Shown here in pieces: positions 37,882 to 50,690 of a stretch of 60,574 nt of DNA. Position 1 is the stretch's first letter, and the number at the start of each line of letters is the position of its first letter. Below the pieces are notes generated by a model. The model was given only the letters and a program-made list of their open reading frames with translations. It had not been told where the DNA came from and ran no database searches. Origin of the DNA: Octopus bimaculoides. Its lineage: Eukaryota. The position numbers were made by a program, and so were the translations under genes. The stretch covers positions 67,158,130 through 67,218,703 of the forward strand of contig NC_068983.1 of assembly GCF_001194135.2 (NCBI RefSeq). The letters run 5' to 3'.

Positions 37882-37911
<30 letters not shown>
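37850..37911. repeat. Compound microsatellite (TTC)n(ATT)n
   Basis: Directly visible; abuts the 5' break of the R4-type LINE. Confidence 0.95.
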
Positions 37912-37912
<1 letters not shown>

Positions 37913-38097
37913 AGAAGAAGAAGGAGAATATGGGTTTGTAGACTCATTAAAGCATCATTGAAATATGCCTTGTGATATTTATTCTCTCAATTTACATTGT
38001 GAATTTGACCTTGTATCTATGCTAAGAACAATTATTATTAAGGATTACTTTCAACATGCATAGGTTCAATTTTCAAACAAAGATATTTCATTTACAG

Positions 38098-38267
38098 ATG
38101 GCTGGTTGTCAAGAACTGGTTAATCCATAAAAAACGCAAATTGGAACTTGCTCCTAAACGGAATTGGAAGCGTTACTGGGTATGTCTAAAGGGAACCATG
38201 CTGCTATTCTTTGACTGTGATGAAGAGAGTGCTATCACAGAAGAAAGTGCCCCAAGGCATGTACTAG
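38098..38267 (+). CDS. sif/TIAM1: Coding exon of still life/TIAM1-like GEF, PH domain part 1
   Basis: Acceptor tttcatttacag and donor G|gtaagt; 170 nt, phase 2 to 1. Translates WLVVKNWLIHKKRKLELAPKRNWKRYWVCLKGTMLLFFDCDEESAITEESAPRHVL, matching the recalled Sif/Tiam1 PH motif (KR.WK.YWV.LKG..L.F). Confidence 0.95.
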
Positions 38268-39493
38268 GTAAGTATTTAAACTAAATCATTTTCATTCTAC
38301 TAACTTCTCCCAGCAATGTTTAATTTACCCAACTTTCTAATCCGAAACCCATTAATCTGCCTGATGTTTTAATCTCAATTCACCAAAATCTTTCTTTTTT
38401 TTCTCCAACCCATAATTTTTTTTTTTAATATTCTCTCTTTTTCTATTTTAGTTTAGTCTTCAACTGTTATTTTAGAAAATATTTTTTCCTGTTATTTTAG
38501 TGATTTCTATTTTCTTTTTCTTATTAAATGTTCTTTTTATTTGTTTTCAGATATTTTCATAGTATTATTTAATTTATTTTTCCTCAACATTAAAACTTTA
38601 AAACAAGCTTTAAATTCAGTTTTATTTCAGGACATTTTATCATTTTGTAAGTTTCCATAATATAATATTTTTTAAAAAATCAAATATTTCCATCATAAAA
38701 GTAAGCAGAACAATATTCATTAAACAACATTTTTATTTGATCAGTTTTATTTGATATCTTTCTGAGTTTTCATTTCACTCTGAAAATAAGAATCATATTA
38801 GAGATTTGAACCTTATAACTATTCCTTTCCTACTGGTTATTTTCTCACAATTCCTGTCAGAAATGTCACTATGTTATTCTGAACTGTTAGGTAAGACACA
38901 AGTTACTCTCTAAGCTGTAGGATCTGAAACTGAATGGAGTAAAAAGCTTTATTGTCTTAAGATTATTTTAATTATTTACTTTGATTAATGAATTACATGT
39001 CCTTTAAATCCTTAGATCTAACAACTCATGATATTTAAGTTTTGTATGAAAGTCAGTATTGATTTTTAAGCCCTTGTTTTTAATCTTTCCTTCCTTTTGA
39101 TGCATCCTTATAGACAGCTGTAGTGCTGTTTCTCCACAGTCTTAACTCTTGGTGTATTGAGAGTCACATAATTCTTAATACTTGGTATCTAGAAATAGCT
39201 TTGTTTTAAAATAGCTTTGTTGATAATGTATCTAGTATCCCAGTGCCTTTCAAGATTGAAGTTAGAGTGACCTTGATTATTCACAATCATTACTTAAGAA
39301 ACAATTTTTGAATGAACCACTCTGATAATATGAGGGAAATAATAGTGTTCATACTCAAGGTGGTAATTTAAATATACAATATCCTTTTAATGTGAAAGGC
39401 TAAAAGACACTTTAAGGAACTAGGTTCTAATAATATGTCTGTATATGTGTGTGTTTATATACATATGTATATATGTATGTGTGAACATATATA

Positions 39494-39520
39494 TACAGAG
39501 TGACCCAAATGTCACTAGTC
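39494..39520 (+). mobile_element. Possible Tc1/mariner-type TIR remnant
   Basis: TA|CAGAGTGACCCAAATGTCACT resembles TA|CAGGGTG... termini; partner end not found. Confidence 0.3.
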
Positions 39521-42395
39521 CATTTCAAAATGTATTAATGTGAAAATTTAATAGAAAAAAGTGTTATTATTATTTCAAAATATAATAACCCATTTTTATT
39601 AAATTTTTACATGTATTCTTTTATAAACATTAATTTCAAAAGTAATTGAAGCAAAAACAGTGTATTTCAGTAACAAAAGGGCTAAGCATCTTGTATAAAA
39701 GCCCTATTTAGTCCTACTATTTATTTTGTGGTGCTATATGATTATGCATTGGAGATATTTCAAAATATATCAGTAATTTTTATAATAAATTTTAATCCAA
39801 GTATCAAATTTTTCACATTATAATGCTCGTACTCTAAAATATTCTAATTACTTCAACAAATACTAGTTAACTCTTTCATTACAAAATATCAATGTTAATA
39901 TAGTGTATGCTGCAGTTAACATATAACAAATAATCTGGTCATTTGTATAAACCCATCCAGACTTACATTTTTATGACTTGTGAGGAAGATTCAAAGATTT
40001 CATTGTTTAATTCAGAAACAATGAAAGTAATTTCAAAGATAGTTAAAGACCCTGAAGCAGCAACCAAGTCCTAATCAAAAAGTTTGCAGTATCATAATGG
40101 TTATATAAATCCTACTCATACATATTTATTTACATAAATATATCTGTATAAATTAAATAAATTTAAAGTTGAGTAAGCAATATGAAAATTAGCATCCAGA
40201 TGCCCAGATGTATGCCTCTTCATATAGGAATATAAAAATGAGCAGAGCAGTCACATGTTCTCATATAGTGTCTCTTAGATACTTACACAATCACAATTTC
40301 TGTTTGCCTGCATTGTCAGTATCACGCATAGAATCCTGCAGCTATTTAGTGAACTGAATCTTCTTTGTCAAATTAAAGTGAAGAGAAGCTGATTGTCATT
40401 TAACTACTTCACTTCTTATTCTTTTATTAAATTTTATGGTTCCTTTCTTTCCAACCTGACTAGCTTTTCACTTATCTCTCATTTGGCCAGCTTCCCTACC
40501 AATCTAACCATCTAACATATACAACGCTAGCTAAGCATCAACACAGTTTCTTACCTGTTTCTGCCCTAGCTTTGAGATATAAAAGTCGACAGTGAGACTG
40601 TCCTAAATTAAATTACACTATTTGCTATAGCTACCTACCATTTCACTTATTGATTGCAACTTCTACCTAAAACTCTAAATGTGTTTTAATTTCTCATCCT
40701 CTCTGTTAATCCAAATCTTACTCCTCGAGTGTGTAGAGAAGGGGGCATATGTGTATGTTTCTGTTTTACTCTTAGCTATAATTTTGTTTGGCCTATTTAC
40801 TACTTTTGAGAAATTTTTATCAATTCCTCTACCTTATATTAATGTAAGGTTGGAGGTCCTATTATGAAATTCAGTTCAACCCACATCAGTTTTCCAGGTT
40901 AACAATATTATAATAAATATCTTGATTAGACTGTTTTTATTGATAGAACTTGTTCTGTAACAATCTGTCATCAACAAAAATTAGACAAATTTAGAAATTC
41001 TACATCAACTATTTGATAGGAGATATGATGTAATGTTTGCAGGCATTTGCATTATACTTTGTAATATTTACAAAAACTTTGTCTTAAAATCTTAAAGCTC
41101 ATAAGCAATATTTATGTGATACCATTTTATCACATTTTATATCTATTATCTTCTTGCCTTTTACATAATATGGTATTTTCATTACAGTTAGTTTGATGCT
41201 TAATATGTGATCAAATAGAATATCTTTATATTGCAGTAAAAAGAAATCACAAAAACCTAAGTACATTAAAAATTTATTAACATTGAATAGATTGTTGTCT
41301 ATCACTAAGTAATTATATTTGTAGATGGTAAAATGTTTCTGTATGAAAAACAGTATGATGCTGAAAAGCATCATCTGTATCATCTATTATGCTTATCTGT
41401 ACAAATAATACTGGATTAAAATACACTTAGGCATAAGTTTATCATTAACTTTTGACAAATATGTAAATTGGAATGGATAAAATTGTTTTATTCAGGCCAA
41501 AACATTATATCTAGATTACAATTTCAGTTATCTAAATCTGTTTCATTTTCAAGATTTCTGTTGTTTACTTGATTTATGAACAATGCAGCCCTAAATAAAA
41601 CATTGCAAGTTTCATACAGGTTTATTCTTTTGATTGATATGTGATAAGTATGTCTGTAGTTTTCTTCAAAGTTATACATAATAAAATGTCTCCATACAAC
41701 AATTAACAAAAATCTGAGAATGATTAATTGAAATCTTTTTCATATCAAAAGTGTTTAAGGTTCCTATCTTCCTATTTTATTGGACTAGAAGAAACACTTT
41801 ATTGTAATAAAAATATACATTTCACTTGTGTGTGTGTGTTGAATATTTATGTATGCATGTATAAAGGTAATTTTAGATCATATAATTCTTGATATACAAA
41901 CATGATTATCATGGCTAGAATGCCTTTCATGATCGCTGTAAGTTTTTATGACACATTTGGGAATACACAACAAGCCAGAAACAGATGACATACTAACTTG
42001 AGAATTAAAGAGCAAAGATCAATATCATTTGAATTTGATTTATATTGCGATAAATTAAAATCAAGAGAAAGTGATAGAAAAGCAGTTGTTTTACCAACCC
42101 AAAGCAGGAATTTATTGAAAAAGAAAGAATGATAAGGCAAACAGAACTAAGTCTGAAGTGTTTGCAAAGTTGAAAATCATTGATTAATGCAGATACATTG
42201 ATTTCTACAGCACACACAAGCAGATATGATAACCAATAGGCATGTACATATTTCTGCACCTGTTCAAAGTTTTATATTCTCAGATGTTTTGAATAGAATA
42301 ACAGTGTTTGAAGATTTTTACTTCTAGTTCTATGGTTTTAAATTTGTCTACAATTAAGTAATCCCTATGAAATATATATATATATATATATATAT

Positions 42396-42991
42396 CATCG
42401 TCATTTAACATCCGCTTTCCATGCTAGCATAGGTTGGACGATTTGACTGAGGACTGGTGAACCGGATGGTTGCATTAGGCTCCAATCTGATCTGGCAGAG
42501 TTTCTAAAGTTGGATGCCCTTCCTAACGCCAACCACTCTGAGAGTGTAGTGGGTGCTTTTACATGCCACCGGCATGAGGGCCAGTCACACGGTACTGGCA
42601 ACGACCATGCTCAAAATGGTGTTTTTTACATGCCACCTGCACAGGATCCAGTCCAGTGGCACTGGCAACGACCTCACTCAAACTCGCTCAAATGATTTTC
42701 TAATGTGCCAATAAGGCTACGCTGGTAATGATCACGCTCAACTGGTGCTATTTACGAGCCACTAGCACAGAAACCAGAGAGCTGCTCTGGCAATGATCAC
42801 GCACGGACATTGCTGTTAGTGCTCCACTGGTACAGGTGCCAGTCATCGAATATGGTTCAATTACGATTTTGATTTCACTTGCCCCAACAGGTCTTTGCAA
42901 GCAGAATTTAGTGTCCAATGAAGGAGAGGTTGGCATGGGTGCCAGTCATCGAAGTTGGTTCGATTTCGATTTCAAATTCACTTGCCTCAAA
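42396..42991 (-). mobile_element. SINE family B long copy with internal subrepeats
   Basis: Same tail as 12975 and 55392, followed by imperfect units of about 65 bp (ttttacatgccacc.gca....ctggcaacga...gctcaa). Confidence 0.85.
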
Positions 42992-43149
42992 CAAATAAAA
43001 TAATGATGATAACTTCTTTTATCTGCTACAGAGACATTTAATGAGGGGGACATTACAAATCTTCAATTTGTGTATGTGATTACATAAAAATTGACTTGGG
43101 TTGAAAAGGGAAATAGGAGAGATGAGTAAACGGTATACCTATGTCATTC

Positions 43150-43270
43150 CTTCGTTTTATGTCTGTTTTTCCATACTTGCACGTTTTAGATGAATGTGTT
43201 ATTTGAGGCATTGTTTTATGGAGGGATATCCTTCCTGACACTATTCCTTACATGTTTTTCAAGCAAGGGA
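43150..43270 (-). mobile_element. Very degenerate family B-like fragment
   Basis: tttatgtctgtttttccatac... and ggatatccttcctgacact resemble the family B tail and core. Confidence 0.4.
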
Positions 43271-43388
43271 TCTACTTAGCTTTGAAGGCACAAAATGACT
43301 GACTGATTTATTGACAGGAGAACTGACAACAACACATCAGCTGCAGATGTAAATAAGAATACAGATACACCTGCATACACACACATGT

Positions 43389-43439
<51 letters not shown>

Positions 43440-43466
43440 GATAGATAGATAGATAGATAGATATAT
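43389..43466. repeat. (TA)n(TAGA)n microsatellite
   Basis: Directly visible. Confidence 0.95.
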
Positions 43467-43467
43467 A

Positions 43468-43580
43468 ACCTTTCAGTTCTCATCTAAAAACATTCACTCA
43501 CAAGGCTTTGATCAGCCTGGGATTATAGAAAAAAGACATTTCCCCTAGATGCTGCACATTAAAGACTGAAACCAAAACCC
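43468..43580 (-). mobile_element. SINE family A head fragment (degenerate)
   Basis: ctttcagttctcatctaaaaacattcactcacaaggctttgatcagcctgggattatag matches family A. Confidence 0.65.
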
Positions 43581-46247
43581 TTCATCTTATTTTTACTGAA
43601 GATCAGAAATTATATATGTATAATTATATTTATAGTATTTTATATGGAGTAAATGATTAAAAATTAAAATGAGTTATAAGTCAAATGCAAGAATTAGGAT
43701 AAATAATCTAAACCTTTTAAACCTTACTGTCATAGTATAGCCTACTGAACCCTAACTTATCAGTTGACAAGGGTTTTTACACTTTGAGAAAGGGTTATGA
43801 ATCACTTCCTTTGGCCAGTATAATCTGTATGACTACAAAATAAAATGACCAGCTTAAGGAAATATAACAGATGGGACAGTGACATGAATTTGAGTAAATA
43901 ATTAGTGATGTACAAAATGCTATACAAAACAAACTTTTGATCTATTGAAATTCCCCTCATTTGCATTCTAATTATTCTCTTCACTTCTTTTACTTTTGCC
44001 ACAACTTAATAAAATTAAAGAAAATAAAGTCACTTATCTATGAAATCCACAATATATGGCAGATATCAATGTGCATATCAAATAAACACAACTACAGCTA
44101 TAATTGTAGATATTTCTAGAAGCAGTGTGGGTGTTATTAGATTGAAGAGATGGCAACACCCGCTGCCCACTTTTGTGGTATTATTGTAATCAGTATATTC
44201 TATCTTCAATTTGAATTCTATCATTGGGGAAATACACTATTCTTTTTTTTTAATTATTCACAGGTTTTTCCATAGTGGCCAAAGAATATTAATTGGCATT
44301 ACTAGTTGTAGACCAATATGAGTTGATCCTCTGAATTACTTTTAAAATTCATCTCAACAAGAATTGGGCATAAAAATTTTTTTTTTTAAAACAGAGAAAT
44401 CCATGATGTTTGTAATTTCTGTCATCCTTAAAACCTTTGCAAGAGTGTTACAATAAGGAACTCAATTAACATAAATGTAATATATTACTTGAGTGAGTGT
44501 TAGTAAAGATTTATATAACAATTGCTACTGTAGAATCAGTCTTGTAGAGATATTTAGGGATATGATAAAAGAATGATTCTCCCTGTGACATTCCATGCCA
44601 AATATTCAGAAATTTGATATAAGAAATGAAACATCATTTTTATGACATGTATCTTGTTTCATGAAGTTTTTCAGATTTATAGTGAAAATGACAATGATGA
44701 AACTTATTATTGTTATTATTATTATTACTGTTGTTTTTAATAATTGTTTTAGTTACTGTGGTTTTATCATTCATGTTGCACTTTATAAGTTATACTAATA
44801 TATATCACTCACTTAACTTGAATAGTTTTGCTAAATCAGTTATATAAGTTTAGAAATTACACCAATCATTTAACTTGTTTTTTCTTATGCCTTGCCACCA
44901 GATAAACAATACCTACTCTGGTATTGATCTTAAGTTTCTTATTTCATACAGTTCACAAGCTAGATTTTTAAAACTTATCTTTTGTTACTTTAACACCAGC
45001 ACATAAGGCTTTGTTGAATTCTCTCAAACTTTCATGTTTTTCTTACGAAAGTAAAACAATATGAATAATCAATATCCTATATTAACACTAGTTTTCAATA
45101 CATCAAAATCCACCACAATCTTCTTTTATTCTTCTAACACACTTTTTTCTTTATATTACAATACATATGCTTCTTGCCTTATCTAAATAAGAAAAGACAG
45201 TACAATATTATTATTACCTCTTTATATACATATCCTGATAATTTCTTATTAGAATAATACTGTACATCGTAGTTCATAATATAGTCAAAATTATTTACCT
45301 TTTAGTTATTATGGCAGTTGTTTTATTCTTAATGTGTTTTATTATCTAAGCTATTAACCAATTTGTATAGTTTTATAGTTGAAGTGGTCAAGGTTTAATT
45401 CTTCATAGTTATATTTCCCATGACCACTTAGATTTTTACTTCCATTTTATTATATTTTCACCAAATTCTCCATCCTCTATATTTTCAATTACTTTTATAT
45501 TGTCCTATAATAAAGAAATATATTTGTTTATTTGTGTAGATTTCATGTTTTTAAAATAATTTATCTATTTTCTGTGCCAAATTCCAATTCCATTAATTCT
45601 GTCTGTTTCCTGTGCATGAAATTCCCTTTGAATATTTGTTTAACAATGAAATATTTTAAAATCTTTTGCAGTGAATTCAATGTGTCACAAATCCTGTCTG
45701 TGGGATTACTCTGCAATTTCTGGCCATCACTAGATACATATCAAATAAATCTCAACTGACTCATTGTTCCATTCTCACCGTGAAATCAGATTCATGCCAT
45801 TACCTTGATTGTGTCAACATCAAAGAAATATTCTCACCTCATTCTGTACTGCATCTACAAGCTTGACATTATCCAACATATCATCATTAACAATTGTTCC
45901 TATATCCTATTCTATTTCTAACCAATTAACCTCATTAGACACCTTTGAATCCTAACCAGTTCATACAATGATCCAATTACTTTATGACTTCCATCTTTTA
46001 TAGTTTCCAAAGAGTATTTCATAAAAACTCCTTTCATTTATTGAGTTATGTAATTATTTGCTAGAATTCTTCTCACATATTAGTCTTTCACTAAAGTTCT
46101 GTGTGGGATTCATTGGTTGCTTTTACTTCTCATTTATAACCTATTCTCTCCATTATTTATTTAACATTCTTTAATCATTAAGTTTACATTGTTGAGTCCA
46201 AATAATGATAGCATAAACTTTTATCATCATCATCATCATCATTATTT

Positions 46248-46475
46248 GATGGATTTGTGGAATCATTAGAGCATAGAACCTTGTGGCATTTGTTCTAGTT
46301 CTTTACATTCTGTGTTCAAGTTCCACAAAGGCCAGCTTTACGTTTCATCCTTTCAAGGTCTATAAAATAAAGGGGTTGATAGTATTGACTAAATTCTCCC
46401 CTCAAATCTTTGCACCCTGCAACTAAATTAGAACTATCATCATCGTCATCATCGTTTTTATGATTATTATTATCA

Positions 46476-46572
<97 letters not shown>

Positions 46573-46728
46573 GAAAACTCACAGCTTATTTTGCTGGGTA
46601 TGATGGAAAGTATCAGCTGTCCACAGCCAGCAGACTAAGGTGACATTTGTTTACTGGTCGTGCTTCAAGAACCCTGCAATGAATTCTTGCAGTTCCGAGC
46701 AATGCTGATTTTTGTAGATGTTCTACCT

Positions 46729-46763
<35 letters not shown>

Positions 46764-47475
46764 TATATGTAAGGCAGCAAGCTGGCAGAGTCATTAGCAT
46801 ACCAGATGAAATGCTGAGTAGCATTTTGTCCATCTTTATGTTCTGAGTTGGGATTCTGTTGAGATTAACTTTGCCTTTCATCTTTTTGGGGGTCAATAAA
46901 ATAAGTAGCAGTCAAGCACTTGAATCAATGTAATAGACTTCCTCACTCATCAAAATTGAGGCCTTGTGCCAAAAGAAGAAAGGATAATAATTATCATTAT
47001 TAATATAGTTGTGGAGTTGTTGCATTTTTGAGGGAAGTTGTTTGACTGAATCGTTGATGTCATCATCATCATCATCATCAATATTATCATTAAGGCAGCC
47101 AACTGGCAGAATCATTAGCACACTGGAAAAGTGCTTAGCAGTATTTCTTCTGACTTTGCTTTCTGAATTCAAATGATTTCATTCTTTTAGGTGCCAATGT
47201 AATCGATTATCCCCTACCTCAAAACTTCAGCCCTTTTGTTTATATCGAAAAGGATTATTCAGGCAGTGAAGTTAGACAGATAAGTTAGCATACCAGAAAA
47301 ATACTTAGTGGTATTTCTGCTGGCTTTACATTCTGATTTGAAATGCTGCTGAAGTCAAAGTTGCTTTCATCCTTTCAGGTTTGATAAAATAAGTATCAGT
47401 CGAACACTGGGGTTGATGCTATGAATTATCCCTCTCCCCCAAAATTTCAGGCTTTGTGCCTATTGTAGAAAGAAA
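46248..47475 (+). mobile_element. Cluster of four SINE family C copies (about 46248-46435, 46772-46985, 47092-47250, 47262-47475) among (CAT)n/(ATT)n tracts
   Basis: Repeated ggcag..agctggcaga.tc.ttagca head and gc(c)tttcatc(c)ttt..gg.t..ataaaataag core. Confidence 0.8.
46465..46571. repeat. (ATT)n microsatellite
   Basis: Directly visible; a second (ATT)n tract lies at about 47643-47705. Confidence 0.95.
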
Positions 47476-47657
47476 TCATTGTTGTTATTAGTTGTAGTAT
47501 CATAGAGGGTAGTGGTTTGACGGAACCATTAGTGTCATAAACATCATCATTATAATTATTATTGTATATTTCCCTTCTCAGAGTTCTCGTTTTCACTTGC
47601 TCCAGCTAATTCTGTTGTCAAGGGTCTAACAGGGTCTTCTTCCATTATTATTATTAA

Positions 47658-47706
<49 letters not shown>

Positions 47707-49595
47707 AGCCTTATGGCCATTATTATCATTATTTTTATCATACATATCTTTTATTCTTATAGCAATAATTGCTTTAATCATCATGTACATCACATTCTTC
47801 ATTGTCATTGTTACTTACTGGCAAGTGTCAAAAAGTAGAGGTAAGTTCTCAGTGAGTTGAATCTGGAGTCTGGTTTCAATTCCTGATTCGAACCATTTCA
47901 CTTCACTTATGACACAAATGCCCGTGGGAAAGGTATGAATGTCACCACTTTCCATTTCATTTTCCTAAACCGCTCAGGCTTTATCTTCATAAAAATATCA
48001 GTTATTGTATCATTATTAATTTGTTAATTTAGTTTTCAGCTTCAGGATAACTACAAGTGATATCAGTTTACACTTGATGTTAGTTGTGAGATAAAATTAA
48101 TGACTGAATCGGTGATCGATTTAAGGATCGGAATTATTAATAGAGAAGCCAACTAGAATTTCCATCTTGATTAATTTTTTTTTTTTAATTCATGATTTAA
48201 ATTGCTCAAGTATGCTGGCTGATATACATTATTTTAGGACCTTTATGCAGGTAGATTGTGTTTGAATATAAATTGTTATGCTAATAATTTCTTTACAAAT
48301 AGCATTGTCTACAGAAGCATTTAGCAGTTGTATGATGCCTCCCAGCTTTTAAAGGCTTTTTATTTGGCTGTCACCTGGCTTTATCAGAGTCAGCTAAAAA
48401 TGAAAACGTCAAGATATTTGAGACCAAAATTAATTTTTAAGACTCTAAGCTAAAAAATATGATTTATCTTATTCTCAAACTGAGGCAGGTGTGGAGTCAT
48501 GTTTACTTCAGTTTATTGATATAAAGCTGCAGTTAAAAAGAATAAAATATTTTCAGATTAATAATAAAATTATTTATCTGTTCTGTTTTCTGTTAACTTG
48601 AAATTTGGATAAAATTATTTGCTTTTCATTTTATTTCTGTGGAAATGAAAAAAGAACTCAAAATATAAATGTGTTCTGCTTTCTTTGAAATTCCTCTAGA
48701 AAGAAGACTTCTTGTCAATGTTGTTCTTGTTATCATTAAGCAAAGCATGTTAAATAAGCAATTTATTCAAATTTATTTTCTCATTGCATTTTACTTTCAG
48801 TGTTATTTCTTTTCTTTCTTTTTTTGTTCTTCCTGCTGCTGTTGCAATACTGTTGCTATGACAATGACTTCTGCTTACATACAACAAATCTAGCCCACTG
48901 CTGCTAGCAGAGTTGAACCTTCAATCTTTAGAAATCTAAAATCACTCAAGGCAGCCATTCCAAATCTTCAATCTCCCTTTGCTTGCAACCTTTGTTAATA
49001 TCCACATCCCATTGAATTCAGACCTTTTTTCCTAAAATGAAATAGACAAGAATGTTAACTGTAGTCTATGAATAATACATTTTGGTAAAACTAAATTTCG
49101 TGACAAAATTAATCAAATAAACAAAATATTTGGATTATATTGAGAACAGAATTAAAAACTAAAAGCCGAAAGAATCTTGAAAAGTATTTCTAACTTGAAA
49201 AAATGTTTTTAATAGATGTCTTGGTAGGGAGAGACATATCTGTTACCAGTTGTAAGTCTTTTGACTGGCTACTCGTGACTATAAGACGACTTTTAAAATC
49301 TTATAGTACATCTCAGTAATTTGTTTGACAACCTCGTTATTTCACAAAGTCCTTTTGATAAGAACCAATAGTTATTACACTACATAAAAGATAAATGTTT
49401 CTTCATTATTTTTATTTAGAAAATAATTATTATTTAGTCTGTCTTTCTAATTTGCATTTTCAAAAATTGCTGCTGCTCTGTGCTTGCAAACCTCTGTGAA
49501 TTTATGTCTTCTTGTCTGTTTCCCATGACTAAATGGATATATAAACATGGATTGGATGAATCTCTAAGTTATCTGGCACCAAATGTGTCTTGAAT

Positions 49596-50165
49596 CCAGT
49601 TTTACTAAAATACATATTTTAGAGTTTTACTAAAATACATATTTCAGAGTTTTACTAAAATACATATTTCAGAGTTTTACTAAAATACATATTTTAGAGT
49701 TTTACTAAAATACATATTTTAGAGTTTTACTAAAATACATATTTTAGAGTTTTACTAAAATACATATTTTAGAGTTTTACTAAAATACATATTTNNNNNN
49801 NNNNNNNNNNNNNNNNNNNNNNNNNNNNNNNNNNNNNNNNNNNNNNNNNNNNNNNNNNNNNNNNNNNNNNNNNNNNNNNNNNNNNNNNNNNNNNNNNNNN
49901 NNNNNNNNNNNNNNNNNNNNNNNNNNNNNNNNNNNNNNNNNNNNNNNNNNNNNNNNNNNNNNNNNNNNNNNNNNNNNNNNNNNNNNNNNNNNNNNNNNNN
50001 NNNNNNNNNNNNNNNNNNNNNNNNNNNNNNNNNNNNNNNNNNNNNNNNNNNNNNNNNNNNNNNNNNNNNNNNNNNNNNNNNNNNNNNNNNNNCAGTTTTA
50101 CTAAAATACATATTTTAGAGTTTTACTAAAATACATATTTCAGAGTTTTACTAAAATACATATTT
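49596..50165. repeat. 25-bp minisatellite (agagttttactaaaatacatattt[t/c]) spanning a 298-N gap (49795-50092)
   Basis: Eight units before the gap (49596, 49621 ... 49771) and about three after it. Confidence 0.95.
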
Positions 50166-50690
50166 AAAAAATGAGCATTTGAGTGTATATGATGATACAT
50201 TGATACATGTGTATATCTATATGCACATAGATATATTTGTATTTTCAAATATCATAATGAACTTATGCATCAGCCATATGTTACCAATTTCCAATATTTA
50301 TAGTTTATGAAGAAATTGTTTTGTAGAAGATTTTATATTTCCTAATAACTTAAACAGTTAAACACTTGAATAAAACATTTCGTTCATTAGATTGTAATTT
50401 TTCTTAGTAATAATTTGTTTTTATTTCTGCTGAAATATTTTCAAGATTCAATATAATGAAACAAAACAATGTTTTAATGACCACTAAATTATATTTTCCA
50501 ACATGAAAATTTCAACTGTAATTATATCTTGTCTTGCCAGTGTAACCCTATTTTATTCCTCTTTTCCCCTTTTACCTCTCTCCTCAACCCTGTCCTTCTG
50601 ATATCAAGTGAATTTTCTATCAACAGCAGCTCACCCTGGTGACTGCTCTGCAAGCTATATTGAATTTTAAAGGTGTTCGTTACTTTTCAG

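Noticed and set aside
46316-47808. Poly-Ile/Asn/Asp ORFs here, and YI/TH/ER-repeat ORFs elsewhere in the track
   Set aside because: Translations of microsatellites or N gaps.
47830-47960. tRNA-like B-box segment
   Set aside because: No cloverleaf; at most a decayed SINE head, not a tRNA gene.
49596-49794. CRISPR-like array
   Set aside because: Head-to-tail units without spacers in a eukaryotic intron; an ordinary minisatellite.
50630-50638. Possible 9-nt microexon (cag|CTCACCCTG|gtgact) upstream of the PH exon
   Set aside because: It would leave only a 52-nt intron and insert residues into a conserved PH segment; no other support.
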